Of a DNA stretch of 64,000 nucleotides, positions 26,986-36,839 are shown piece after piece. Source of the DNA: Promethearchaeota archaeon (GTDB lineage: Archaea > Asgardarchaeota > Lokiarchaeia > Sigyniarchaeales > SOKP01). The stretch is from the NCBI GenBank assembly GCA_019058365.1, contig JAHPZE010000002.1, positions 32,001 through 96,000 of the forward strand. Reading direction: 5' to 3'. Made by a program: the position numbers and the translations under genes. A model generated the notes under the pieces. It did not search any database. It was given only the letters and a program-made list of their open reading frames with translations, and was not told the DNA's origin. The number at the start of each line of letters is the position of its first letter. Positions within the stretch are counted from its first letter, which is position 1.

Positions 26986-27516
26986 TTAGGTTTTTAAGTG
27001 GGTTTTTATAACAATCTCTCTTACAATTTGCTGGACTTTTTTCTTAGTTGTATCAATAACTATTTCTGCTGCTTCTTCATATAAGGATAATCGAAAATTT
27101 AGAATTTTCTTTATTTCTCTCTTAAAATTTTCTTTATTTATGAGAGGTCTTATTTCTATTCCATTATTTTTTGATCTTTTATAAATTTCCTCCAAACTAG
27201 CCTTTAAGAGGATAATATGACAATTTTTCTTTAAATTATCTAAATTAATCTTATTCAGAACTACGCCACCCCCACATGAAATTACAACTTTGTCTAATTC
27301 AGAGACTTTTTCATAGACAGAACTTTCATATTCTCTAAATTTGCTTTCTCCCTCTTCATCAAAAATTTGTGGAATAGTTTTTCCAGTTTTTTGAATTATT
27401 AGCTGATCAGTTTCAATAAATAGATAATCATCACCAAGATATTTAGCTAAAGCTCTACCTACAGTTGTTTTTCCAGTAGCCATAAAACCAATAAGAGCAA
27501 TGGAATCTTTAAGCAT
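26986..27516 (-). CDS. aroK: Shikimate kinase (bacterial type)
   Basis: IGFMATGKTTVG, GE..FR..E, VISCGGG, RPL. Confidence 0.92.
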   Translation of the reverse strand: MLKDSIALIGFMATGKTTVGRALAKYLGDDYLFIETDQLIIQKTGKTIPQIFDEEGESKFREYESSVYEKVSELDKVVISCGGGVVLNKINLDNLKKNCHIILLKASLEEIYKRSKNNGIEIRPLINKENFKREIKKILNFRLSLYEEAAEIVIDTTKKKVQQIVREIVIKTHLKT

Positions 27517-27562
27517 TTTGAATTACTTTCAATATCTTATTGAGTAGGTTAAACTTTTCTTT

Positions 27563-28126
27563 TTAGAATGATGAATCTAATGTAAATCCATGTTTTGCTA
27601 AAACACCCTTTTTTAATTCAAGGTAATTACTCGATATATATACCGGAAAGTTAAATTTTTCTGGATCTAGAGTTTCATTTTTTACATAGATAGGATCAGA
27701 ATGTGTCGCAACAACTTTACCAAAATAACAGATATGTGAACCAAGTTCTATTCTTTTAATAACTTTACATTCCATATTCCATGGAAACTCTTTTATCATT
27801 GGAACTTGTATAACAGAAGCATCTTGTTTTGTTAAATTTAATTTTTTCCATTTATTAACTTCTCTTCCAGAACGTGTTCCACAATAATCAGATTCTCTTA
27901 ATTGTTCTATTGTAGGATAATTAATAACAAATTCACCATATTTTTCAATTAAATGAAAAGAATATCGTTTAGGTTGGATAGAAATAGCAATAATAGGAGG
28001 ATCAAAGCAGACTTTCCCTACATATGCTAATGTTATTAAATTAGCGTCTTCGCCTGTTCCTACAGAAATAACTGCCACTGGCATAGGAAAAGTTGAGATT
28101 TTTGGACTTAAATCTACTTTTTTCAT
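27563..28126 (-). CDS. Flavin reductase-like protein (DIM6/NTAB family)
   Basis: PMPVAVIS, GEFVIN.P, CGTRSGR..NK, MECKV...ELGSH..F.G.V. Confidence 0.88.
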   Translation of the reverse strand: MKKVDLSPKISTFPMPVAVISVGTGEDANLITLAYVGKVCFDPPIIAISIQPKRYSFHLIEKYGEFVINYPTIEQLRESDYCGTRSGREVNKWKKLNLTKQDASVIQVPMIKEFPWNMECKVIKRIELGSHICYFGKVVATHSDPIYVKNETLDPEKFNFPVYISSNYLELKKGVLAKHGFTLDSSF

Positions 28127-28286
28127 TCTAATCTCATTTTATTAGTTTGAATTATTAATTATTTTAATTGTTAACTTTTTAAATAGTTTTAATTTGAATT
28201 ATATCAAATTTTCCTATAAAACTCTTAAATAATAAAAAATTAGTAAATAATCAAAATCCGTTGAAAATTATATAAGGTGAAAGAGA

Positions 28287-28907
28287 ATTATAATAAAACA
28301 TCGGGGTTTCGAACCTAAATTTGATTCCTCTGTATTTATAGCACCCACAGCAGCAGTTGTAGGTAACATTTCGATTGGAAAAGATTCAAGGATAATGTAC
28401 GGTTCTGTTCTTGATTCAGAAGGTTCTACAATCGAAATTGGTGAATGTTCAATAATATGTGAAAATGCTGTTCTTAGGGCTACAGCATCAGGAAATCGCG
28501 AGTATCCTGTAATAATTGGGGATCATGTCTTTGTTTCACCGCAATCAACTATTATAGGTTGTGAAGTTGAATCTAATTCATATATAGCAACGGGTGTCAC
28601 TGTTCTGCAAGGTGCTATTGTTCAATCTGGTGCCGCGGTAGCTGTTGGAGCTTTTGTTCATGCGAATACAGTTATTCCCGCAAATTCGTTTATTCCTCCA
28701 AATAATATAGCTATTGGAGATCCAGTTAGAATCTATAGTCCTAAAGAGAAAGAAGGCTTGATTAAAGCAATAAAATCAATTGAGTTTGCTAAAGTTGCAT
28801 TTAATGTTGAAGCAAATTGGGAAAATCGCTTTGAGAGGTATAGACAAGCTACGATGGTTCGTTCAAAAGAATTTGAGAGCCATTTTAATGATGAGATAAT
28901 AGTTTGA
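28287..28907 (+). CDS. Gamma-carbonic anhydrase-like hexapeptide-repeat protein; probable ATT start at 28287
   Basis: The open frame from 28287 encodes the family N-terminus (IIIKHRGFEPKFDSSVFIAPTAAVVGNISIG); GGTGA lies 6 nt upstream, and its TGA is an in-frame stop. Confidence 0.8.
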   Translation: MIIKHRGFEPKFDSSVFIAPTAAVVGNISIGKDSRIMYGSVLDSEGSTIEIGECSIICENAVLRATASGNREYPVIIGDHVFVSPQSTIIGCEVESNSYIATGVTVLQGAIVQSGAAVAVGAFVHANTVIPANSFIPPNNIAIGDPVRIYSPKEKEGLIKAIKSIEFAKVAFNVEANWENRFERYRQATMVRSKEFESHFNDEIIV

Positions 28908-28932
28908 GACAAAAATAACTTAAATAATTAAT

Positions 28933-29802
28933 ATGATCGAGAACGATTTTGTTACTGCTCATACAACAGTTCTTTGTATTATTGGGTATCCAATTGAACA
29001 TTCTATGAGTCCAATAATGCATAATGCTGCGATCCGTGAATTAAACCTTGATTATATTTATTTAGCATTCAACATTTTTCCTGCTAATTTGAACCTTGCT
29101 GTGAAAGGAATTAAAGCATTTAATATCATTGGAATTAATGTGACAATTCCCTTTAAACAAAAAATTATGAAATATTTAGATGAAATTGATCCTATAGCAA
29201 AGAAAATTGGTGCTATAAATGCAATTAAAAATGATAAGGGATATCTAACTGGGAAAAATATAGATGCGGAAGGAGCTATGAAAGCATTATTAAATGCAGG
29301 GTACACCGTTTCAGGAAAAAATATCTTATTGCTAGGTGCTGGTGGGGCAGCAAGAGCATTAGCCTATATAATGGCGGAAGATGTTCACAAAATAGTTTTT
29401 GTAAATAGAACTGAAAAACGAGCATTGAAACTTTCGAATCAAATAAAAAAATATTTTGGGATAAATGCTGAAGCAAAGAAAATGAGTAAAAATGTTTTAA
29501 AAGATGAATCTAAAAAAGCCGATATTATCATTAATACCACTCCAGTTGGTATGTATCCTAATGTTGATAAATCGCCAATCCCCGCAGAATGTTTGCATGA
29601 AGATTTAATTGTCTATGATATTGTGTACAACCCATTAAAAACTAAATTAATAACAGATGCTACCCAAAAAGGATGCAAAACACTAGGAGGTTTAGATATG
29701 TTAGTTAATCAAGGAGCTTTAGCATTTGAATGGTGGACAAACAAAAAACCTGATACTAGTTTAATGAAAAAAAAAATAATTGAATTTCTTGGGAAGAGCT
29801 AA
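28933..29802 (+). CDS. aroE: Shikimate dehydrogenase
   Basis: IGYPIEHSMSP.MHN, NVTIPFK, GAGGAARA, NTTPVGM, YDIVYNP, GLDMLV.QG. Confidence 0.95.
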   Translation: MIENDFVTAHTTVLCIIGYPIEHSMSPIMHNAAIRELNLDYIYLAFNIFPANLNLAVKGIKAFNIIGINVTIPFKQKIMKYLDEIDPIAKKIGAINAIKNDKGYLTGKNIDAEGAMKALLNAGYTVSGKNILLLGAGGAARALAYIMAEDVHKIVFVNRTEKRALKLSNQIKKYFGINAEAKKMSKNVLKDESKKADIIINTTPVGMYPNVDKSPIPAECLHEDLIVYDIVYNPLKTKLITDATQKGCKTLGGLDMLVNQGALAFEWWTNKKPDTSLMKKKIIEFLGKS

Positions 29803-29885
29803 TAAATTTTAAAATTTTGATTGATTATAGCAATAAATACGATAAATTTACAAATATTTTAAAAGAAAAAAAAAACAAAAAAAAA

Positions 29886-30254
29886 TTATTGTATTGAACT
29901 TCCACAAAGTGCACAGAATTTAGCATTCTCACTTTGATCTAACTCAGTTCCGCAATTATAACAAAATACTGCTTTCTCTTCAATTTGTTGCGATTTTTTA
30001 ATAACTTTTGGTCTCTCTGGTTGATGAGAAATATTTATTACTTGATATTTTGAACTTTGTTGATCAGTTTCTTTTTGTTCATAACATACTGAATCACAAT
30101 GAATACAACGAGGTTTATGTTCCTTATCTAAATAGATTGCAACATAAATCAATAGGCCAATACCCCCAGTGAAAATAGCTAAGATAATCGCCAAACCAAT
30201 ATTGAATTCATTCTTTTTTGTATAAACATTCATATTACATTTTGGACAATACAT
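29886..30254 (-). CDS. LITAF-like zinc-ribbon membrane protein with a C-terminal double zinc ribbon
   Basis: CPKC-hydrophobic hairpin-CIHC, then CYNCG..FCALCG. Confidence 0.75.
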   Translation of the reverse strand: MYCPKCNMNVYTKKNEFNIGLAIILAIFTGGIGLLIYVAIYLDKEHKPRCIHCDSVCYEQKETDQQSSKYQVINISHQPERPKVIKKSQQIEEKAVFCYNCGTELDQSENAKFCALCGSSIQ

Positions 30255-30387
30255 ATTTTTATCATACCAAATTGTTTTATTTTTATTTAATTAAAAGAAG
30301 ATTTTAATTGAATTAAAAAAATTTGGAGTCCAATTTTTAAAATTAATATGCAAAAACGCCTATACTAAGTAAAAATACGTAAAAAAA

Positions 30388-30771
30388 TTAATTTTCGGAA
30401 ATTTGACTCCCACAGTTCGGACAATAACTTGTTCCTGGATTTAATTTTTCTCCACAAAGAGAACAAAAATTCGGTCTAGAGCCAGTTATTTCTTCAGATA
30501 TGTTTACAGGTGTTGAATATGATGATTGTTGAATTTGAGGTTGAGGTTGATAAGTATAGGGGCTTGGAGTTTGGAAGGTTGTAATTTTATTCCCACAATG
30601 CACACATCTATCTTCAGGTTTACTGTAATATATTGCGAGGTAAATCAATAAACCAATTCCCGCTGTAAAAATCAACAATACTATTGCGAGACAAGTATCA
30701 ATATCTTCACGTTTTAACAAAACTTCTTGGTTACAGCGGTTGCAATATCCTGTAGGATTTGTAGTTGTCAT
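30388..30771 (-). CDS. LITAF-like zinc-ribbon membrane protein (paralog)
   Basis: CNRC-hydrophobic-CVHC, P/Q-rich linker, CSLCG..YCPNCG. Confidence 0.75.
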   Translation of the reverse strand: MTTTNPTGYCNRCNQEVLLKREDIDTCLAIVLLIFTAGIGLLIYLAIYYSKPEDRCVHCGNKITTFQTPSPYTYQPQPQIQQSSYSTPVNISEEITGSRPNFCSLCGEKLNPGTSYCPNCGSQISEN

Positions 30772-30847
30772 TTTACGCAATTATGTAAAATTTTAATTTT
30801 ATTCCTTTAGACTTTAAGATTATGAATATAAATATTAATTTAAATTT

Positions 30848-31237
30848 TTATTCTATTAGGTAAGCACCACAACTTGGACAGTTTTCTACCTCTTTTAATA
30901 TTTCTTGTTTACAATATGGACAGTAAACCTTGGACTTTTCTTTTTTTTCATCTTCAATTTTTTGAAGTATTCGGCTAATTTGAGCTTTTGGATCTGGAAT
31001 CTCTTCATGAGAATTATAAATACTTAATTGATTTTGGCAATTTGGGCAAATATTTCTTTTTAAAATTACATAACGATAAATGAGAAAGGGAACTATTGCA
31101 AAACCTAATGAAGAAATAATTGCTAGAATCCAGATATTAATGTACATATTCTCTATGGATTTTCTTTTAGGTTTTAAAATTTCTTTCTCACAATTCTTGC
31201 AGTATGCGAATTTATTATGTTTACGCATTACTCTCAT
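30848..31237 (-). CDS. LITAF-like zinc-ribbon membrane protein (paralog)
   Basis: YCKNC-hydrophobic-ICPNCQNQLSIY, then CPYC..CPSCG. Confidence 0.75.
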   Translation of the reverse strand: MRVMRKHNKFAYCKNCEKEILKPKRKSIENMYINIWILAIISSLGFAIVPFLIYRYVILKRNICPNCQNQLSIYNSHEEIPDPKAQISRILQKIEDEKKEKSKVYCPYCKQEILKEVENCPSCGAYLIE

Positions 31238-31437
31238 TTTAAATAAGAATATTTAATTATTTTAATTTATGTAGTAGATTCTATAAGAATTTATTATAAT
31301 ATTCTAATATGCTTTAATTTGTTAAAAATTTAATAAAATGAGGTAATTAAAAATAAAACGAATAAGTCCTTATTGATAATAATTTAGTAAATCTTAGTTG
31401 AATTATTGCTAAAATATAATACATTTTTTGATTTAAT

Positions 31438-32043
31438 TTGAAGCAAAAATCTTTGTTTATTGCATTAGAAGGGATTGATGGATCAGGCACAAGCACTCAT
31501 AGTCACCTTCTTAAAGGTTTTTTAGAAAGCAAGGGATTCAAAGTTCATTTAACGATGGAACCGTCTGAAAGCGATATTGGGAAATTAGTCAGGAAATATC
31601 TAAAAGATAAAAATGTACCGCCTGCCGCTGATGCATTATTATTTGCTACTGACAGAAACTTACATTATCATAACGAAATCAAGAAAAAACTAGAAGATAG
31701 GTATATTGTTATATCCGATCGTTATTTAGAATCTTCGATAGTATATCAATCGTTACAATCAGATAAAATCTCTGTTGAATGGGTTATGGAAATCAATAAA
31801 TTTGTAGCACTACCTGATATAACAATTATTTTAGATGTCGATCCAAAAACGGCATTAGCAAGAAAAGAAGAAGCTGATTTGGAAAAATTTGAGGATAACT
31901 CATTTTTACATAAAGTAAGAAATCTTTATCTCAGCCGCGCTAAACAAGAAGGGTATTCTATTGTTAACTCTGATGATATTATAGAATTTGTTCAAGAAAA
32001 GATTCAGAAAATTATACTCGATAAGCTAAAAGATTTGAGTTGA
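31438..32043 (+). CDS. tmk: Thymidylate kinase
   Basis: FIALEGIDGSG.ST, LLFA.DR, VISDRY..SS..YQ, PD.TIILDV. Confidence 0.94.
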   Translation: MKQKSLFIALEGIDGSGTSTHSHLLKGFLESKGFKVHLTMEPSESDIGKLVRKYLKDKNVPPAADALLFATDRNLHYHNEIKKKLEDRYIVISDRYLESSIVYQSLQSDKISVEWVMEINKFVALPDITIILDVDPKTALARKEEADLEKFEDNSFLHKVRNLYLSRAKQEGYSIVNSDDIIEFVQEKIQKIILDKLKDLS

Positions 32044-32127
32044 ATTATGAAAAAAAAATAACAAAACCTTCTTTTTCTTTACTATAATTAGTTAATTAAC
32101 TATAGAACAAATTATTAAAATAACTCG

Positions 32128-32664
32128 TTACATTAATTCTTCAATTTCTTTTTGAATATGTTCGATTCTTTTTTTCGATTTTAACAAAATCTTACTTCTT
32201 CCATATTTTTGAAACCATCTATTAAATCTGGCTTGGATTGAAACTTCTCTCGTACCCGCCATATGTTTATCTGCTAAACATATTATTTTTTCTTCTAAAG
32301 TGATAGGTAAATAATCCTTTTCAGGTAATCCCACTTTTTTAGCATCTTGTTTATCTAAACCACCTAAAATATGAGTTTCACAGATTCTCGCGAGTTTATC
32401 TGAAAAACCTCTCTGTCTTAAGAGTTTACCACCTATTAATGCATGGTTAAAACCATGGGTTTTAGATCTCCCAATATCATGCAATAAAGCCCCAATTTCA
32501 ATCAAATTTACATCTAATTTTGCCTTTTTTACTTTATTTGCTATTTCTATGGCTTTATCAGCAACTTTTTCTGAATGGCGTCTAACTGAGAGTGGAACTT
32601 TCAATCTCCTTAACAGTTCTAACGCAAAATCCCGATCGGGTAAAATTTCTTCTTTATTTACCAT
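32128..32664 (-). CDS. HD-domain (HDIG) protein, TIGR00295-like
   Basis: RHS..V, GALLHDIGRS.TH, ETHI.GG, EEKII..AD. Confidence 0.9.
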   Translation of the reverse strand: MVNKEEILPDRDFALELLRRLKVPLSVRRHSEKVADKAIEIANKVKKAKLDVNLIEIGALLHDIGRSKTHGFNHALIGGKLLRQRGFSDKLARICETHILGGLDKQDAKKVGLPEKDYLPITLEEKIICLADKHMAGTREVSIQARFNRWFQKYGRSKILLKSKKRIEHIQKEIEELM

Positions 32665-32832
32665 TATTTTTTATAATTAACCAATTAACTTTAAGTTTGA
32701 GTTATTATAAAATTCAGTAAATCTCTATTCTAACCAAGATATCTGCAATCTTTAGTGTTTAAATATTAATAGACTAGGTAGAACAGATTTACTCACTATA
32801 TTCTATGAAAAAATAATTTCTCTTAGGGATTT

Positions 32833-33327
32833 TTAATAGAATTCCTCATAAGGTCCGCTTACTAAGCCACCAACTAATCCTCCAATTAAAACCCCTACAA
32901 ATGCGCTAATTATTCCCCCTAATGTTTCAATCAATTGCGTTCCTTGGAATAAAGACATTAAATCTTCACCGGATATAATGCTTAATATTATCCAAAACAA
33001 TAAAACTACAATAACTACTAACGAACTAGCTATTACTCCTCTTCTTAAACCTTTTGCTATTGACCCTGTGAGGTAACCGATGAAAATCCATGCTAAAATT
33101 TCGGGAACAAAAAATCCAAGGATGGTTGGCGTCCCTGTAAAAAATGAAATCATATCAAAATCAAAATTTGCTCCCACCAATAATGCTCCCACTCTTAATC
33201 CATTAATTCCGGAAGATATTATGGTTAATATATCAACCATATTAAAGAAAAAAGCAGAAAAGAAGCTAAATACAATACCAACTATGATACCAATAACTAA
33301 TCGATAGGACGTCATGATTAAAACCAA
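32833..33327 (-). CDS. Gly-rich multi-pass membrane protein
   Basis: Several hydrophobic helices. Confidence 0.72.
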   Translation of the reverse strand: MVLIMTSYRLVIGIIVGIVFSFFSAFFFNMVDILTIISSGINGLRVGALLVGANFDFDMISFFTGTPTILGFFVPEILAWIFIGYLTGSIAKGLRRGVIASSLVVIVVLLFWIILSIISGEDLMSLFQGTQLIETLGGIISAFVGVLIGGLVGGLVSGPYEEFY

Positions 33328-33545
33328 TATACATCTAAATGATTAAATAATAGTTATAATCTATAAGTTATATTAATAATTAAAATCATTATGCTATATT
33401 AAAACTTTAGTTCTTAAGCTTTTACAAAAATCTGCTCAATAAAATATTAAAGTTATTATGTATTCAATAATATATTCATAAATTCGTTAGACATAAATAT
33501 ATTTTAAATTAATTAACGTCAGAAAAAAAAAGTAAGGCTACTAAT

Positions 33546-34373
33546 TTGGCTCGAAAGAAAAAGAAAACTGAAGAACCAGAAAGTACGAAAAAAAACGACG
33601 ATCTAGAAGATTTTAGTGAAGAATTCGATATTGATTTTGAAGAAGATTTAGATTTAGAAGAAGAACTTGACTTATTAGACACTAAAGATATAGAAGCAGG
33701 AATTGAGATAAAAGAAGAATTAATTGATAAAGATGAGGAAAGAAAACAGCTTTATTTAAGCTGTGGGATACATATTGGAACAAAACTATTAACTGGAGAT
33801 GCTCGAAGGTTTATTTATAGGCAGACTAATTATGGATTATATGTTATTGATTTAACTCAAACCGATGAACGACTTAAAATTGCAGCTAAATTCTTAAGCA
33901 AATATGTTGAAGAAGGAAGTGATAGAGTCATTGTTACTTCAGTTCGACGATATGGGAAAGAACCAGTAAAAAAGTTTTGTGAAGTATTAGGGTGCAGAGC
34001 AATAACTTCAAGATTTATTCCCGGCTCACTTACAAACCCAATTATTGATACCTACATTAAAGACGCGAGCGTTGTATTAATTGTAGATCCTCATGCAGAT
34101 AAAGTAGTTTTACGAGAAGCTAAATTAGCCCGAATCCCTTTAGTATCTCTATTTGATACCGATGATACTCTTACAGGCATAGATCTTGCGATTCCAGCTA
34201 ATAATCGAGGTAAAAAAGCATTAGGGCTAGCATTCTGGCTTTTAGCACGACAAATTATGTTAGAGTTAGGTAAAATATCAAGTGAAGATGAGTTTCGATA
34301 CACACTTGATGATTTTACTTCAAAAATAGTTCCTGTTTACCGTCAAGAACAGCAAAGTCAAACAAGAAGATAA
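33546..34373 (+). CDS. rps2: 30S ribosomal protein S2 (uS2) with an acidic N-terminal extension
   Basis: YL..GIHIGT, RFIPGSLTNP, DTD, IPANNRGKKAL..FWLLAR. Confidence 0.96.
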   Translation: MARKKKKTEEPESTKKNDDLEDFSEEFDIDFEEDLDLEEELDLLDTKDIEAGIEIKEELIDKDEERKQLYLSCGIHIGTKLLTGDARRFIYRQTNYGLYVIDLTQTDERLKIAAKFLSKYVEEGSDRVIVTSVRRYGKEPVKKFCEVLGCRAITSRFIPGSLTNPIIDTYIKDASVVLIVDPHADKVVLREAKLARIPLVSLFDTDDTLTGIDLAIPANNRGKKALGLAFWLLARQIMLELGKISSEDEFRYTLDDFTSKIVPVYRQEQQSQTRR

Positions 34374-34537
34374 TTTATTAAATATTAATATCTTGGTTTA
34401 TCAATTTTATATTATTTATTAAATAATTCCTTGATGATTTAAACGCAAATTGTATAGGTTTTTTTAACAAATCAAATTGTTCCTATATATTGACAAAAAC
34501 AATAATTTTGTTGACTAATATCTTAAATTATAATTTC

Positions 34538-35215
34538 TTATTTTATGTACAATATGTTAGGAAGATCAGAGAGATTGTTAAGAAATTCTCTTACTTGATA
34601 TCGACTGAACACTTTTCGTGGAGTAACTCCTGAAAGAACAGCAATAAATGAAATATCTGCTCTATTGGCTGTTTCTGCATCAATTGTACTGTCTCCGATA
34701 TATATAACTTTTGAAATAGGTAAATTTAATTTCTTTACAGCTAACAATAATCCAAATGGATCTGGTTTAAGCATTTGGACATCTTCCCCACCAACAATAA
34801 CCTCAAAATAATCTAAAAGATTTTCTCTACTCAAAATAGCTTTTATTCTATATCGAAATTTCGTAGAAACAATCCCTAACTTAAAACCATTATTATATAA
34901 TCCTTTAATTACATCAGGGGTCTCTGTAAACAATATAGTAAAATCTGCCATAATCTCATCTGCCTTTTTAATGAAAAAATACTTGAATTTTTCTGTTTTA
35001 TCTACATGTTGTTCTCCTACTAGGTTTATAAATGTATGTTCAAGTGTAAGACCAATTGTTTTAATAATGTCATTTTTTGTAAATTCTGCAAAACCAAGTT
35101 CTTTTAATGCATAATTTACACATTTTACAACACCTTTGGACGAATCTGCTAATGTAAAGTCAAAATCAAATATCACGCCTTTTATTCCTTTGATTTCATT
35201 TTTAGGAATCCTCAT
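34538..35215 (-). CDS. HAD-family phosphatase (phosphoglycolate phosphatase-like)
   Basis: IFDFDFTLADS, VSTK, KPDP, YIGDS..D. Confidence 0.9.
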   Translation of the reverse strand: MRIPKNEIKGIKGVIFDFDFTLADSSKGVVKCVNYALKELGFAEFTKNDIIKTIGLTLEHTFINLVGEQHVDKTEKFKYFFIKKADEIMADFTILFTETPDVIKGLYNNGFKLGIVSTKFRYRIKAILSRENLLDYFEVIVGGEDVQMLKPDPFGLLLAVKKLNLPISKVIYIGDSTIDAETANRADISFIAVLSGVTPRKVFSRYQVREFLNNLSDLPNILYIK

Positions 35216-35397
35216 GAGTTTCCGATTCGATATTATTTCTATAAATTTTCTCTATTTATTATTAATTTCTCTACTAAACAAGTTTATTTTTCTTATTAAA
35301 TCGCAACTTACTCTTTTGAATTATTTATAGTAAGTTTTTAATTTTAAATCAATTACTTTAACATAGAGAAATATTACTAATTTTAAGTGTTTTAGTG

Positions 35398-36174
35398 ATG
35401 AAAAAAATTATCTCATTTTCTGGAAAGGGTGGTGTAGGGAAATCCACACTCCTCGTCTTGATGCTCAAATATCTCCTTGAAAAATCTAAAGATCTTAACA
35501 TCCTCGTAATTGATGCCGATCCCGATGCAAATATTGGAGACATTATCGGAAAAGAAATCCATTTTAAAGAAACCATTGGGGGGAAAATGACCATCTTAAA
35601 AGACAAAATCCAAAAACGGCAGATACCTCTTGATGTGTCGAAAGCGCAAATCATTGAATCTGAGGTCTTTGATGCATTAATCGAAATGGACGACTTTGAT
35701 ATATTAGAAATGGGACGTAGCGAAGGTGAGGGGTGCTATTGTAGTGTAAATAACACCTTAAAGCGGGTGATTGACATCCTCTCAAAAAATTATGATGTAA
35801 CGTTAATAGATGCCCCCGCAGGACTGGAATATTTTGCCAGAAAAACGGGTCGAAACGTCACAGATTTAGTGATAGTAAGTGATCCAAGCAAAATGGGTAT
35901 CCATACCATGAAACGGATATTAGAAGTATCTAAAGAAGTAGATTTGAAATTTGAAAATATATGGATACTTGGGAATCGGTTTCCAGAAAATATAAGAGAT
36001 ATTTTAGAAAAAGAAGTTACCAACATTAAAGAAGAATATGTAAAGCTTCTTGGCTTTATTGCGAATAGTGAAGAAATAAGTAAAATGAATTTAGTTGGTG
36101 AAAATCTCCTAAACTTACCAAACGAAAGCGAAGCATATAAAACAGGCAAAGAATTATTCGCTAAAATAGTATAA
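35398..36174 (+). CDS. cooC: CooC/AcsF-type nickel-insertion ATPase
   Basis: SGKGGVGKS, VIDADPD.N, GEGCYC, D.PAGLE...R. Confidence 0.85.
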   Translation: MKKIISFSGKGGVGKSTLLVLMLKYLLEKSKDLNILVIDADPDANIGDIIGKEIHFKETIGGKMTILKDKIQKRQIPLDVSKAQIIESEVFDALIEMDDFDILEMGRSEGEGCYCSVNNTLKRVIDILSKNYDVTLIDAPAGLEYFARKTGRNVTDLVIVSDPSKMGIHTMKRILEVSKEVDLKFENIWILGNRFPENIRDILEKEVTNIKEEYVKLLGFIANSEEISKMNLVGENLLNLPNESEAYKTGKELFAKIV

Positions 36175-36176
36175 AA

Positions 36177-36839
36177 TTAAAGGTATTCATTAATCTTTTT
36201 ATTTAGAAAATTTTTTTCTACTCCACCTCTCATCCCAGGTAATTCAAAACACTTGTCTGGAACCATTCGCTTAAAATAACTTTTGTTTTCTCTTTCAGAA
36301 ATAAATTGTGAACTATATAGTGTTTCGAATATTTTTTCTCCTGAAAATTGTATATCTTCGAAATATGGATTAAAAGAGCGATTTTTACTAACTTCTTCTA
36401 CTACTTTTTTTAGAGGAGAATTAAACTCCCGGATTATTCCTTTTTCATCTATTATTGCAGTTTTATGAGTGTGTTCATTATATAAACAAATTATGCATTG
36501 TGGCCATCTTTCATGAAAATATTCTAAAACAAGATCTATTACACGATGTTTTAATAGGACTACTCCAAATAGTACGCCACGATTATTGATCTGTGTTCGT
36601 GTAAATTGTTTAGCACGATAAGATTCAGTAGACACTTCCCGCATCATACAGTTAATTTTTTTTGCGAGTGGAGTACCTGAATTTCGTAAGATAACTTCTG
36701 GAATTTTTTTAATATGTTTGATTAGAACAGGAGAAAATTTACAATGACGGGGTAGATTATGAATCAATTCTTCATGTGAGTGACCTTTAGCGCACCCAAC
36801 AACTTCTAACGGATCTTGAACCTCCTTTATTTTTTTCAT
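36177..36839 (-). CDS. DUF4130-family partner of the DNA-repair radical SAM protein
   Basis: V..E..R...F.R, YF..RWP, Y.SQ.I.ER.N; translationally coupled to the radical SAM gene. Confidence 0.72.
   Translation of the reverse strand: MKKIKEVQDPLEVVGCAKGHSHEELIHNLPRHCKFSPVLIKHIKKIPEVILRNSGTPLAKKINCMMREVSTESYRAKQFTRTQINNRGVLFGVVLLKHRVIDLVLEYFHERWPQCIICLYNEHTHKTAIIDEKGIIREFNSPLKKVVEEVSKNRSFNPYFEDIQFSGEKIFETLYSSQFISERENKSYFKRMVPDKCFELPGMRGGVEKNFLNKKINEYL

Noticed and set aside
34420-34500. Weak hairpins after rps2 as a SECIS or ncRNA
   Set aside because: AT-rich and imperfect, with no selenoprotein candidate adjacent; more likely a convergent terminator region.
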